This document shows positions 40,272 through 54,959 of a stretch of 64,000 bases of DNA, piece after piece. The stretch covers positions 102,486,001 through 102,550,000 of the forward strand of contig OZ024741.1 of NCBI GenBank assembly GCA_964016885.1, given 5' to 3'. This DNA is from Eledone cirrhosa (taxonomy: Eukaryota). The notes under the pieces are model-generated. The model searched no databases, was not told the origin of the DNA, and was given only the letters and a program-made list of their open reading frames with translations. Positions within the stretch are counted from its first letter, which is position 1. The number at the start of each line of letters is the position of its first letter. The translations under genes and the position numbers were made by a program.

Positions 40272-40369
40272 GGTGTCCATAAATAATATATTCTCACTTA
40301 AACAGCATTCTGATAAATATTGCATGTACAGCTAATTAAAGTATGTATACATTTTTTGGAGACACCCTG
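40269..40369. mobile_element. Tc1/mariner-type MITE
   Basis: TIRs CAGGGTGTC / GACACCCTG, with TA on both sides. Confidence 0.75.
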
Positions 40370-40424
40370 TATATATGTATATATAAATATATATACACGC
40401 ATTAAAAACAACAGATATGCGTGT

Positions 40425-40478
<54 letters not shown>

Positions 40479-41048
40479 TTCACTCTACGTTGGTATAATT
40501 TTTACTAAGGAAGCTCTATTGATTGATTAGTGTAATCGATACAATTTATTACGAGCAATTATTGTAGCTGTGATTTCAGCAGCTGATGAAAAGCAAGACA
40601 CCCCGCATGCATTGCTTTTGATACATGTTTTCAGGATAGCCACCCACAGACATTGCTGTCGATATAATTGTTTAGTATGGATATCAAGTCACCGCTAGAT
40701 ACAGAGGAAAGAGGGGGAAAAACCTCAAAGGATCTTCCTGAATAAAATGTTAACAACTTTACACGTTCATATATATATATATATACTATTTCTACGATTT
40801 TAGTTGTTCGATCAACGCAACAATCATCTCTGTTCTATATCGAGGAAGCTTTCTTATAAACGAATCGATATCATATGTTCCGTAGCATGTTTCTCATCCA
40901 CGTGACTCAGCCTCCATTGAGCACTTTCTAGAAAGCTTGATAGGTAAATTGCGTTGGTTTGTGTGCCTCTGCCGTTAACATTTTCAAATATATCTAATTT
41001 CTCGAAATGTATATATTTATATATGCATGTGTGTGTGTGTGTGTGTGT

Positions 41049-41129
<81 letters not shown>

Positions 41130-41507
41130 CATATCTAATGACAGAACGAGAGCTAACAAAGAAAAGCGTGATTGACAAAATATATGCTCAAAGATATTCC
41201 CAATGGAGGTACGATTGAAATATTTACGCCGAATAGACAAAAATAAAGGATCTTATATTTTCGTCAAAATGGATAAAGAAAAGTATAGAATAAGAAATAA
41301 AAATGAAGTGTTCGAACGATACTAATTTGGAGAGCGGATATGAGTTGGCTAGATATGTATGTATGTAAACACCGTAAAAAAAGTTAAAATGCATATACAA
41401 AAGCAGACTCTTGTACATCCGAGAGACTAAGGATTTAAAGATTTTAAAAAGTTAAAAAAATTAAGAGTTAAAAGAATTAAAAGTGTATACAAAAACCTAT
41501 ACGTATG

Positions 41508-41599
41508 CAGACACCTGAGGATATATCAAATAGACACTCGAGGATATATCAAACAGTCACCTAAGGATATATCAAACAGACACTCAAGGATATATCAAA
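41508..41599. repeat. 23-bp minisatellite x4
   Basis: (C/T)AG.CAC...AGGATATATCAAA in tandem. Confidence 0.9.
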
Positions 41600-41639
41600 T
41601 ATACACATACACACACACAAAATAACAAACTGTTTTCCC

Positions 41640-42277
41640 TATATTTTACGATAGTGTTTCTCATGGCATTCAGGAAGAAAGGTTTGCATGGGGTTTGCAT
41701 GAAGTATCGCACTTCAGGAGTATTGTTTAACACCAGGCGCTTTGATGCAAGCACAAAGGTATTAACATCTATAATCCGAGAGTTTTTGTATGCAGATGAC
41801 TTGCGATCTTTTTGCACACTCACAAAGTCACATGCAGCATATTATGAACTCTTTTTCTGAAGCTTGCAGCGCTTTGGACCTCACAATAAGCTTGGAAAAG
41901 ACTGTTGTGATGCATCAGCCAGCACATGGAAAAGAGTACACCACACCAAGTGTGTACGTGTAAGGAAAGAGGCTAAAAGTTGCTGACAAGTTTTTGTACC
42001 TTGGTAGTACGTTGAACAACTCATGCACACTGGATGATGAAATATCCTAAGAATCAAGAAAGCCAGTGATGCTTTTGGACGGCATGGGAGGTTTCAAAAG
42101 ACACATGAGAACACACAGACTGAACAAAGCAAATTAAAGTCCCGGAGGAGCCTACAGTTGCCATATATGTAACAGAGGGTGCAAGTCTTTGGCTGGTTTA
42201 ATCCACATTCGTGCCTTACATTTTTGAGTATTTTATCAGGCGATGGCGATGCTCGAACACGTGTTTGCAGCCTTCAT
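41640..42277 (+). mobile_element. RTE-like LINE remnant: RT piece fused to C2H2 3' end, (TATG)n tail
   Basis: GVCMKYRTSGVLFN...IREFLYADD, FGLTISLEKT and YLGS motifs; 3' end matches 47428-47620. Confidence 0.8.
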
Positions 42278-42291
42278 GTATGTATGTATCC

Positions 42292-42324
<33 letters not shown>

Positions 42325-42489
42325 TGTATGTATGTATGTATGTATGTATGTATGTATGTATGTATGTATGTATGTTCTTCTGGTTTTATAATTTCACAAA
42401 GTTTTACCAATAGAGAGAGAGTCGGTTTCTAACATAGACACAAGACTCTCTCATTGGAATTTACACAGCATCAACTAGGTAGATATGTA

Positions 42490-43820
42490 TGTATGCATGC
42501 ATGTGTAGATATGGATGTTATTGTATGTGTGGTTGTGTATGTTTTGAGTTGTATGTGTGCATGTGTATATGCTTTGTATCTGTACATGTGTATATGCAGT
42601 TATTGGATGCAACATTTTTGGAATGTTTTACATATTTTTACTGTTCCATTAATGGATTGTACTTGTAATTTCCTAACTAGTTGTGTTCTTTCTGTTCCTG
42701 TGAAGCCTAGCTTCTCAAGATTTGTATTGAGGCAGTTACTAACATATCCCAGTGCCCCAATAATCACAGGCATAAATCTGAAGGTGTAATGAGGGTGGAG
42801 TATCTGCAGATTTCTCATCAGTTCTGCATAAATATTCTCCTTTTCACTAATCTTTGATATTATATTGGCATCTGCTGGGCAGCTAATTTCCACTACTGTG
42901 CATGTTTTCCTCTCCCTGTCCCATATAATATCTGGTCTGTTATGCCTGCATTTTATTGGGGTTTTTACTGGAACATTCCATCAGTACTCTTTCATATTAT
43001 GTACATGGATGTCTTCCACATTGTTGTAGCTTTTAATGTGTTTATTATCGGGGCTATCTCTTTTACGAACTGCATTGTACAGTGTTTTGGCCACTACATC
43101 ATGCCTCATAGGTAGAAAGTACCGCGATGACATCTTTGGGCAGTTGCTGATGACATGGGTGATATCCTCGATGTTAGTTCTGCAGAGTCTGCACTTGTTA
43201 TCACATCTAGGTGTTTTGTCTGCACCCCTATCTCTTTTGTGAATCTGGTATTTCGTGCGAATCTCCTGTTCCGGGATTGCAAAGTGGGAGCCAATATAGC
43301 GGTTGTTGGTCCAAGATAGACTACTTTCCTTATCTATATTACTCTCACTCTGGAGCTTCCTGGCAACATATCCATGCATGATTTTTTGATGATAGGCATG
43401 CAGTTTTTCATTCATCCATGGATTCATTGCGATACTGCTGAGCAACATCCCTGGGTGTGAGTTTTTGATTATCACACAGGGAATATCTCTCAAGGAGTTC
43501 CTTCCCAACTCTCATGATCTTATCTGTTTCATGCAGATAGACTTGCTCGAGAAGCGGGCTCCTATGCTTCGAGGTTCGTAGATGTTGTCGGAGAGATATG
43601 ATGCGACATTCAAATGTTGTCTGGACTGATGTTAGGCCACTGCCTCCCTGCTTACGTTTCAAGTAAAGGCGGTTTATGTCACTGTTGATGTGGACGTTTC
43701 CGGTGTTGTTCAGTATTTTTCGAGTTCCAACATCAACTGCTCGGATTTCGTCTATCGTCCAATTGAGTATTCCAAACGTTGGTGTTAGGACAGGCACAGC
43801 AAACACATTGTGAGCCACTG
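42490..43820 (-). mobile_element. R4/Dong-like RLE LINE 3' part, (CATA)n-associated subfamily
   Basis: AVPVLT..FGILNW, RLYLKRKQGG.GL, CRLC...HVISNC, RHD, RPDII and EISCP motifs; TATG flanks. Confidence 0.85.
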
Positions 43821-43845
43821 TTATGTATGTATGTATGTATGTATG

Positions 43846-44715
<870 letters not shown>

Positions 44716-44796
44716 TGTATGTATGTATGTATGTATGTATGTATGTATGTATGTATGTATGTATGTATGTATGTATGTATGTATGTATGTATGTAT

Positions 44797-45472
44797 GAGA
44801 AAGACTGTATATGAGGGAAAAGTTGCCTTTGAGGCATCTCGAATCGCACACGAGAAAGTAAAGCGGGATGTGAGGAAGGGCATTGCTGTTGCACTTCCAG
44901 ACGGCGAGGGTCCTCCTATGGTGCTGACATGCAGCGTCTGTGCGAGACTCTGCCTAAGCAAATCTGGACTCGAAAGTCATCTTCGCAGTCATAAAGTAAG
45001 ACCAGTGGTTGACTACCAGGCTGCTGTTGGAGATGCTACTCATCATGCTTGCCAAACATATGGTAGAGAATGTAAATCAGCAGGAGGGCTCAAGCGACAT
45101 GCAAAAGTACACGAACTCCAACCACAGCCGACTATTCCCAGTGAATGTTTTGGTTGCCGACTCTGTGCAAGACATTTTAGATCATTGGCTGGGCTAAAAA
45201 GCCACATTCGATCGCAGCACTGTTAGTTGCTATCGTGTGTGTGTGTGTGTGTAGATATGCTTATGTGCGTGCGTGTGTGTGTATATATATATGAATATGT
45301 ATATTATTATTGTTGTTGTCGTTATTATTATTATTGCTATTATTATTATTATTATTATTGTTATTAATGTATGTGTGTGTATATGTGTGTGTGTATGTGT
45401 ATGTGTGTATGTATATATGTATGTATGTATATATATATATATATATTTCTTTTTTTTTCCCCTTTTTTTATT

Positions 45473-45504
<32 letters not shown>

Positions 45505-45595
45505 ATTTTATTTTATTTATTTATTTATTTATTTATTTTTTTTTTTTCTTCTCGTGCAATGGCCATACTCGATAACGAGGGGGAAGCCATCATGT
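44797..45595 (+). mobile_element. RTE-like 3' end with three C2H2 fingers; 3' UTR split by microsatellites
   Basis: CSVC..HLRSH, CQTY..HAKVH and CRLC..HIRSQH; tail GGCCATACTCGATAACGAG..AGCCATCATGTATG. Confidence 0.75.
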
Positions 45596-45664
45596 ATGTA
45601 TGTATGCATACATTTATGTATGTATTCATCTATCTATGTACGTATATATGTACGTATATATGTA

Positions 45665-46450
45665 TGTCGGATCCTCGGCATAACTTGGCAAATGTTTGTC
45701 AGTGACGTCGAGGTTCTGGACAGAAGTGGCTGTGATAGTGTCGAGTCCTTGATTTTGAAACATCAGCTGCGCTGGACAGGCCATTTTGTAAGGATGAATT
45801 ACAAGCGAATGCCGAAGCAGCTGCTTTATGGCGAGCTCCAAATGGGAAAAAGGAACGCGAGCCAACTCAAGATGCGTTTTAAGGACTGCATCAAGGAGGC
45901 GCTCAAGAAAAGTAACATCCCTTGTGAGCACTCGGAATCATGCGCTAGCGACCGATCGCATTGGAGGAAAGCAGTGGCTAGTGACAAGAGTCTATTTGAG
46001 GAAACAAGAAGAAGGCACGCGACACTAAAAATAGATGTCCGGAAAGAAATTCATGTTGGCCTTCCCGAAGGCACTGACAGACGGCCTGACCTGACATGTG
46101 AGACCTGTAATAGGGTTTGTCTGAGCATGGCAGGTCTAAAGAGTCACCTGAGAGTGCACAAGAACAGGGAAGCAGGCACCTGTGGAGCTATAAGTGTTCA
46201 TCAGACGACGACATGTAATGTTTGTGGAAGGGTATGCAGGTCGAGTAGTGATCTCACACGACACCTTGGGTCACATGGCACCAGGGGCCCAGCACTTGGT
46301 GTCAATAATTGTCACAAGTGTAGTGTTTGTACCAGAGTTTTCAAGTCGCTGACTGGACTAAAAAGCCACACTCGTTCAGGGCATCGGTAGGGGGTTCTCC
46401 TACATGGATATAAAGTAGTGGCCGTACTCGTAAACGTGTTGGCAGCCATC
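45665..46450 (+). mobile_element. RTE-like LINE C-terminus with three C2H2 fingers
   Basis: RILGITW, QLRWTGH..RM...RMPKQLLYGEL..GKR, RFKD and DR..WR (RTE C-terminal motifs), then CETC, CNVC and CSVC fingers. Confidence 0.85.
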
Positions 46451-46542
46451 ATATATGTATGTATATATGTATGTTTTTCTGATTTTATAATTTCACAATT
46501 TTTATGTATGTATGTTCGTATATATATGTACAGTATGTACGT

Positions 46543-47620
46543 AGGGTCACTCTTGAGTGCTACTGGTAAGATGTAACCTAGAACAACCCGTCGCATGGTC
46601 GCGTCGTCGAGGACTAAACCGCCAAGACCACCAAGATTACTTGTTGAGGTGGGTGATTTTGGACACCCTGCAGGACAAAAAACAAAATCTGACAAAAGGT
46701 GGAAGAACCCATAAGAGTCAACGGCCATCCAAAAATGTTTATGGTCCCGACGAGGTATCACCATCGAAACCAAGGTGAAAGTGTATCTGACGTGTGTCGT
46801 CTCCTCTCTACTTTATGCTTGTGAAACGTGGGTCACATACAGAAAACACCTTAAGGGACTGGAGAGATTTCACCAATAATCTCTTCGTAAGTTACTTGGG
46901 GTGCGATGGAAAATGTTCGTCAGTGATTTGGAAGTTCTCGAACGGACAGGCGCGTGACTATAGAGAGCATGATCTTCGGATCTGTGGACACGTGGTCCGG
47001 ATGTCTGATGTTCGCATTCCAAAGCAACTTCTCTACGGAGACTGTGTGAAGGAAGGCGACCACCACACAAACCAAAAATGCGGTACCGGGACTGTGTCAG
47101 AGGCACCTTGGCTTGTGCTGGAATTTCATCTGGCGAATGGGAGAAAATGGCTGAGGAGCGAGTGAAGGGGAGACGTTTGTTTGATCAAGTCAGATAGTGA
47201 ACACTTTGAAACTCGTCGGAGAGAAAACCTTACACTGAAAAGGAAGGTAAGGAAAGGAGACTGCTCTGAACTGTCTGCTGTTGAACATCATCTGGTTTGC
47301 CAGCACTGTGTTCGAGTCGACCTGAGTAAAGCTGGTTTGACTAGACACGAACAAACTCATATCAGTAGACCTCATGTAGATTATAATCTGAAAAGTTGTA
47401 AGAAATGTGGCAAACAATGTGTTAGCATGGGAGGTCTCAAAAGACGCATGAGAACACACAGCCAGAACAAAGCAAATTAAAGTCCCGGAGGAGCCTACAG
47501 TTGCCATATATGTAATAGAGGGTGCAAGTCTTTGGCTGGTTTAATCCACATTCGTGCCTTGCATTTTTGAGCATTTTATCAGGCGATGGCAATGCTCGAA
47601 CACGTGTTTGCAGCCAGCCT
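46543..47620 (+). mobile_element. Internally deleted RTE-like element (5' UTR + ORF end with C2H2 fingers)
   Basis: Head shared with the 47839 copy; LLYACETW, GHVVRM..RIPKQLLYG; CQHC, CKKC and CHIC fingers; TATG tail. Confidence 0.75.
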
Positions 47621-47634
47621 GTATGTATGTATCC

Positions 47635-47667
<33 letters not shown>

Positions 47668-47838
47668 TGTATGTATGTATGTATGTATGTATGTATGTAT
47701 GTATGTATGTATGTATGTATGCATACATTTATGTATGTATTCATCTATCTATGTACATGTATGTATATATGTATGTTTTTCTGGTTTTATAATTTCACAA
47801 TTTTTTATGTATGTATGTTTGTATATATGTATGTATGT

Positions 47839-48430
47839 CGGGCCACTCCTGAGTGCTATTGGTAACATGTAACCTAGTAAAACCCATCGCATGGTCTGGT
47901 GGTCGACGACTAAACCGGCAACCCCACCAAGTTTAGTTGGTGAGTAGGGTGATTTTGGACACCTTGCAGGACAAAAAACAAAACCTAACAAATGGTGGAA
48001 GAACCCATAAGAGTCAACGGCCATCCCAAAATGTATAAATATGTATATACATGCGTATGTACGTATATATGTATATGCAGCTATGCATGTGTATGTCTAT
48101 GCGCGGGGACATAGAAATAATCGGGCTGTATACCCAATCGCGCGGTTTAACTACTGAGAGTGAAGGACACCTAGCTTTTGTCAGGGCAGGAGAAGGCAAC
48201 TCAGGAAACTGGGATAACTCCGATATAAAACCTGTGGCTCAGTAGTTACCGATGATGTTGATCTTTTCTTTTTTTCAGAGAGTGGAATTGGCTCAGTGCA
48301 CAGTCTTTCCTCACTTTAAAAAATATCTTCACGCACAGGCATTGCACGATAGAATTAATTAATAATTATTAATAATGGTATATCGTGCAATGGCCATAAT
48401 CGATAACGAGGCGGCAGCCATCATCATCAT
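47839..48430 (+). mobile_element. RTE 5' UTR-derived non-autonomous element with a different 3' tail
   Basis: Head similar to 46543 and 17400-17560; body similar to 44330-44515; tail similar to 45551-45595. Confidence 0.65.
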
Positions 48431-48455
48431 GTATATATGTATGTATGTATGTATG

Positions 48456-49320
48456 TTTTCTCTTTCTCTTAATTTCGAGTATATTTTTTTGACCGGCCAC
48501 CTTCCTGGTGGCAAGGTTGTAAAAGAAAAGAAATTGTCATCCCTTGAATCGCAAGAATGTTTTGCAAATTTTGAAGGTGCCAGCTATCGCAGCCATTTGT
48601 AGACTATGAATTAGGGAGCTGCGCTTTTTGTCCGCAAATCCAAGTTCAGTCATACTTTGGTTCAAGCGGGTTGGTATATAACCCGTAGCACCAATAATGA
48701 TGGGTATGAAGCTAAAGGTGTATCTTGGATACTGGATTTGTAAACTCCTCATCAATGGTCCGTAGATGTCCTCCTTCTCCTGTATTTTTCTGACAACGTT
48801 TACATCAAGTGGACAGCTGATCTCCACAACAGAACACGTTTTCAATATGTGGTCCTAAACAACAATATCAGGCCGGTTGTGCTCTAATTTGGTGGCAGTT
48901 TTATTTTCAGGTCCCACCAGTATTCCTTAGTGCCATCTGTCTCAATATATTCTTCCTCGTTTGTTGTTAATTTTGTTTTCCGAAGTGCGTTCCAGATGGT
49001 TCTAGCTATCCCATCGTGTCTCAAGGGGAGGTAAAAGCGAGATGACATTCTTTCGCAGCTGGCAACAATGTGGCTTACATCCTCGATCTTTGTTTTACAT
49101 AGCCTACATTTATTGTCAGCTGCTGGGCCTCCTCTTTTGTGCAGCAGATATTTGGTAGGGAGTTCTTGTTCCTGTATTGCATAGAGATATCCCTCAAGGT
49201 GTGATGTCATAAACTTGTCGGAACTCTATGCCAGGCTTTTTGAGTGGTTTATCCCCTCTATGGTCTGTGTTTTACGCCTCAAGTATCCATGCACAACTTT
49301 TTCTGTAAATTGGTCAATAT
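48456..49320 (-). mobile_element. R4/Dong-like RLE LINE 3' fragment in (CATA)n
   Basis: EGYLYAIQEQ, CRLC..HIVASC, RHD, RPDIV, EISCP and IIIGATG motifs. Confidence 0.85.
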
Positions 49321-49340
49321 GTATGTATGTATGCATGATG

Positions 49341-49435
<95 letters not shown>

Positions 49436-49571
49436 ATATATATATATATATATATATGTTAACAAAATATCGTTTAAGGTAATCCAAGTAGAAGCACCGG
49501 ACTAATGAAACAATTGTTAATACTTTCAATAAACCCTATTGTTCAGCCGCCCGCGTTATTCATCACTCATT

Positions 49572-49659
<88 letters not shown>

Positions 49660-50243
49660 CATATATTGTAAATAATGTTATTTCAAAGGGTACCTTTTCT
49701 ATTATAACAAAATAATAATTTTACAAACAACAATAAAAACTACCATCAAGATATTTTATAAGTTTTTACAAAACAAAAACAGTGAATGGAACGAAATGAA
49801 AATCAGATTTGTTAAGATTATCCTAGAAAGATAATTACTGCTGCTGTACGGAATGAGAGGTTAATTACTCCTAGTTGGTAAGAATATTTATAAAGGTAAT
49901 TAGCCAGAGGGCATAAACACAACATTTTACATGCAATATTGAAGACGAACAGAAGTGACGTATAACCCATCACATATCCATCTATCTATTTACTTCTTCA
50001 CCACCACATTGTTTTCCGTCGAAGAAGGAAGCCAAGCTAATATCTGGCGAGATTAATTAGAAGTTTGGTGGCAGGCACGAAGCAATTAAAATATCACTCT
50101 CAATCGAACAATTATTCTTATAATTTTCTTCATCAGAATTCTTGTGTATATCTGTACACCTATCTGTCTATCAGTCAGTGTTTTGTGTGAATCTTCTTTA
50201 ATCATGATGTGTATGTGTGTGTATTTGTGCGTGGCATATAATG

Positions 50244-50304
<61 letters not shown>

Positions 50305-50417
50305 ATATCTATCTGTCTACCTTTCTCTCTCTTTCTCTCTCTTTCTCTCTCTCCATCTATCTATTTATCTATCTATTTATCTATCTATTTATCTATCTAT
50401 CTAACTATCTGTTTATC

Positions 50418-50459
<42 letters not shown>

Positions 50460-52311
50460 CGACAGGCTTCGGTCCCGTGTTCAGGGGCTGGATTGCTGCA
50501 ATGCACAACAGCAATAACAGCTCAAGGGTCAAGGTGAACGGCTACTTCTCGGAGCCGTTCCATATCACGCGATCCATCCGACAGGGATTCCCTCTCTCCT
50601 CCCTTCTGTACGTACTGACTCTCGAGCCACTACTGCGGAAGTTGGAGCTATTGCAGGGCATCCCTTTGGAACCGGGACTGCGAAAAGCAGCATCGGCCTA
50701 CGCCGACGACGTGACAGTAATGGTGTCGAGCACCTCGCAAATCGGGGAGATCGGTACCTTACTGGAGGAATATGAAAGGTTCACAGGAGCGAAGCTGAAC
50801 CGGGACAAATCCGTCGGTTTGCAACTCGGAACGTGGAGAGACATACCGATGCCTTCCGATGACGTCGTCGGACGCTGGACGGAAGGACCGGTAAAGCTGC
50901 TCGGGGTCTGGTTTGTTCCCCACCTCCAGGTGGAGAAGAACTGGAACGAGGTGACGGCCAAGGTGTTTCCGCTCACCCAGAAGTGGACCGAGTGCAAACT
51001 ATCCTTGAAAGGTCGAGCGGAGGTGGCGAACACTTTTATAGCGTCCGTCATCTACTACCGCTTGACCATTGTGCCTTGTCCAGCCAAAACGCTCACCAAA
51101 ATGGAGCGCGCGCTCTTCCAATTCCTTTGGAAGAAACGGGCTTCTTTGGTGAGAAGATCCATCTGCTGCCAACACCCTTCAAACGGAGGGCTGGGGATGC
51201 CGTGACTGATGATGCGCAAACACGCGCTCAGGCTGCGGTACCTCCACGTATTCCTCACCAGACACCCGGTTTGGGCCCTGGTCGTGAGGCGAGCCTTCCC
51301 ACGACTCGTCTCGCTGACCGAGCTGCAGACCTGAGTCAAGCAAAGACCGAGGAAAATGGGCGACTGGCATATCGAATGTGCTCAGGCGCTCACAGTCCTC
51401 TGGCAAACGGACCCGGCGATCAATGGAGACTCCACTTCGACATTCTATAGAGGGTTGGTCCGCAGCATGTGCGACGACACGCTTGGAGAAACTCTAGGCG
51501 TAGAGGAGGACGAACTGGCCACTCTGTTCGGTAGGACCTTCCGCCCGGGACCAACAGACAACTTCCAAAAGTCCGTGGCCTGTCAGTGCTACCGAGGAGC
51601 TCTACCAGTTCGAAACAAGCTCTACAGACACGGGCGCCCGGGTAGGGACCCTTCGAAAAAGATCTGTCCGAGATGCGTTCGCGACGAGGAAACCGTCGCA
51701 CAAGCATTTGTACACTGCCCGGGCGTTACCGACCTGTGGGGTTATGTAGAACGACTATTGTCGCGGGTGGGACAAATCCAGTTGACCACCGAGTCCATTG
51801 TCATGATCAAACCGCCACCCTCCTTCAAAAACGAAGGAGGGGCGGTTTTCCTATGTGTTATGGCTATGGTGAAAGAGGTTGTGTGGTGGATGAGGTTAAA
51901 AGGGCTGAGGTCAGACATCTTTCTCTCCGGCGAACAACTGATTCGTTTTTCAAATATCATTTTGGAAGAAGAATCAGGATGGAGAGAGAGGAACTGTACC
52001 TCAGCAAATTTTATAAAAGGTGGGTGAATGTGGCAAAGATGGCCCGAGTGGTTGGGCCTTCTCTCTATATAAGCCAGTAGGTTGAGCAAAAAGAGGAAGA
52101 GAGGAAGGGAGTACTCAATCCTGGTGTTCCTGGAGATGAGGGTTGTACATTTTTTCGGGGTGTGCACAACCCGTGTAACACCTCCTCCCTATTGGGGATT
52201 TCAATTGTTATTTGTTATTTTATTAATAGTTTTATTTTCATATACCTGTATGTAAACTCCCCATTTGTATTTGTCCCCTTCTTTTGTGCCCTTGTGGCTA
52301 ATAAAGAAATT
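50460..52311 (+). mobile_element. 5'-truncated Tx1 sister-subfamily copy in (CTAT)n/(CT)n
   Basis: RT second half (RQG.PLS, AYADD) and CPRC..H..C, with stops at ~51203 and ~51332; 3' end CCCTTGTGGCTAATAAAGAAAT followed by TTATCTATCT. Confidence 0.9.
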
Positions 52312-52586
52312 TATCTATCTAACTATCTGTATGTATGTACGTAAATACATCTATATATCTGTATGTATGTACGTAAATATGTATGTTTACTTATGTGTCT
52401 GTGTGGCTTATACTCTCGATCAGTCTGTGCATGTGTGTGTATGCTTCTTATATCAAATTATAAGTTTAGGTTTTTTGTGAGTTTCTTTAATTTTTTATTT
52501 GTGTTTGGATGTATCCGACTTTTAAATACATTTTTATGGAGATGCAATTAAAACAATTGAAAGGAACTCCAATTGTCCAATTGTCT

Positions 52587-52772
52587 GTGGATTGGCAGTA
52601 TCGTTAGAGCGTCAGACACCATGCTTCGCAGCATAGAGTTATGGACCTTCACGTTCTGAGTTCAAATCCCGTCGAGGTTAATGTTGCCTTTCATCCTTTC
52701 GGAGGTCGATAAACTAAAGGACCAGTAATGCACTGAGGTATTTGCTGGCCTTGTGCCAAAAGTAGAAACAAT
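52587..52772 (+). mobile_element. tRNA-head SINE (same family as 754-949)
   Basis: TGGCAGTATCG, GAGTTCAAATCC and GCCTTTCATCCTTTCGG..GTCGATAAA motifs. Confidence 0.8.
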
Positions 52773-52893
52773 TATCTCCACTCCCACAATGTCATTAGAT
52801 ATTTATACTTTACTCTGATGAGGTGAGGATAAAAAGGCAACTGAAATATTATATTAAATCATTTAGTTGAGTTAGCATCACCTCCGACACACT

Positions 52894-52968
<75 letters not shown>

Positions 52969-53006
52969 CCCCACACACACGCACACACGCACATACATAT
53001 ATATAT

Positions 53007-53163
53007 ATATTTATTAAAATAAGGCTGAAAGCAGCGATTCTTTGCTTAAACTTTAATCTGTTATTTTAATAAATATTTTCTCTACGGTTTTTATATATTT
53101 GATATATATTTATCCTTATCAAGCCCTCTTTGGATTTTAGTCTTCAAATTTATTATTATTACT
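53007..53163 (+). mobile_element. PLE mini-insertion, same family as 23295-23531, with only ~15 nt of inverted arm
   Basis: Near-identical tail; ATATTTATTAAAATAA inverted start; TA flanks. Confidence 0.75.
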
Positions 53164-53175
53164 ATATATATACAG

Positions 53176-53208
<33 letters not shown>

Positions 53209-53308
53209 TTCGAAATAACAATAAACAAACAAACGCAGGAAAAAATGTTACATGGTGTTATTAGCTTCACGCTTAGTGAGAGTGGGGATATATATATATA
53301 TATATATA

Positions 53309-53596
53309 AGGTAAACAGAAATAACAACACAATCGGTACAGTATATGGAAGGAATATATTAGGTTAACGCTTGGAATAGCAGGAAGAGGGTCTTAACGTT
53401 TCGGATGCTAGTCTTTCATCAGAAGAAAGAATGAGAAATTAGAAAGATTGAAGGGTCGGGCGGGTTGGAATTGGAAAAAATATTTTTAGAGAAAAATAAC
53501 AGGCCTATTCTTGTTGTCATTTCTTAGAAAACTGTTGATGCTGACGTTTTGTGTATGATATACTTTTCTTTAGAAAAGTGGATGATGGAGCGCGTC
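53309..53596 (-). mobile_element. PLE pLTR/tail with hammerhead motif (53391-53426); copy of 17567-17858
   Basis: TCTT-CTGATGA-AAGACTAGCATCC-GAAAC-GTT-AAGA. Confidence 0.78.
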
Positions 53597-54513
53597 TACC
53601 TCGAATGGAAAGAAAAACGTTTTGTATATAATTCGGATTAATTATGCAGTACTGTGGTTCCTTACTTCAATAAGCTATTCATACTTATGGCCCCTATTTA
53701 TTACAACTTCTTTTTTTAGTTTAATAACCAGTGAGAAATAACCTTTAATGACAAATGGTATAAAATAATACAATGATGAAACACGAAATATCAAGCCGTT
53801 CTCCACGATTGAGAGTTAGCCTGTCAACTGATCAAATGGCGTGGTTTGATATTTTAGAGAATAACGATTGCGGCTCAAAATAGAAAAGTGCGTGTCTTGT
53901 AGACTGTTCATTGCATCGACTGAAAATAGTTTTAAGATAATGGTGCTTTTAATGTAAAGACTATAGAATTAAAAGCCAGTTAAGTACATGTTATGTGACC
54001 ACTATTTCTAGTAAATTAATCTAAATCGATTTAAGAAATATCATATAACTTTTCTATTTCAGTAATTTAAATGAATTATAGAGGCAGGAATCTACTAGTG
54101 TCACAATACAAGTATAAATTTGTAAATTACATGTATTTTTCTCGTATTTACATTAACCTGAACTTGGATTTGTGTTTCAATGAATATATAAAGGGAAAGA
54201 TGCTGTCGGGAGATCGAATAACGGAAACAATTTTTCCATTGGTCTTTCTATAGCTGGTGGTGGTATCCGTCAGTAAATCGGAATGAATAGTAAGAACTTG
54301 AAGAGAAAAAGCAGGAAAAACATAATGTTGTAATAGATTTTACTTTGTTAATTCATTGATATGCTCAGATCCAGAGTGTGGTGTTAGTCCTCTAAGGAAC
54401 ACTCATCGTTGAGTGCTCCTACCTGCATACTGAGGTATCGGTAAACAACCAACACATACTAACAATTATATTATATGTATATTATAAGAACAGATTATTA
54501 CTATATATATATT

Positions 54514-54586
<73 letters not shown>

Positions 54587-54959
54587 ACAGGTTGACTAAA
54601 AAAGCTGGTTCCATTTTTATTTCTATCTACCTACATTATTCATTTTTTTACACAAATTGATGAAACTCCACATATATTTAGTGCAATCTATTAAAACCAA
54701 CATATCAAAATTTCATTTCGCCTCCCTGATGATACAGTTAGAACGTCGGGAGCTCAATACCTGTCGCTCCTGAAATTACCACACTTCAGTGAAAATATAA
54801 TCACGGGACTAGATATACAATTAGCCTACTCTGGCACTTCCCTACTACGACACTTATCCAAAAAGCAGCCTAAGGACAACAACAGCAAATGCACGCTCAC
54901 AAACTACCCTATCCGTGACTCAAGTATGTGTCAGCAGGCATACGTGATATACGGCATTC

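Noticed and set aside
41508-41599. CRISPR-like array (also the 37-bp repeats at 57479-57620)
   Set aside because: Head-to-tail repeats without unique spacers, eukaryotic context, no cas genes.
45371-46390. Host C2H2 zinc-finger gene
   Set aside because: The fingers are fused to RTE C-terminal motifs, the ORF start lies in microsatellite, and the unit ends in a retro tail.
53773-53832. C/D box snoRNA (ATGATGA...CTGA)
   Set aside because: No terminal stem and no convincing rRNA guide of 10 nt or more.
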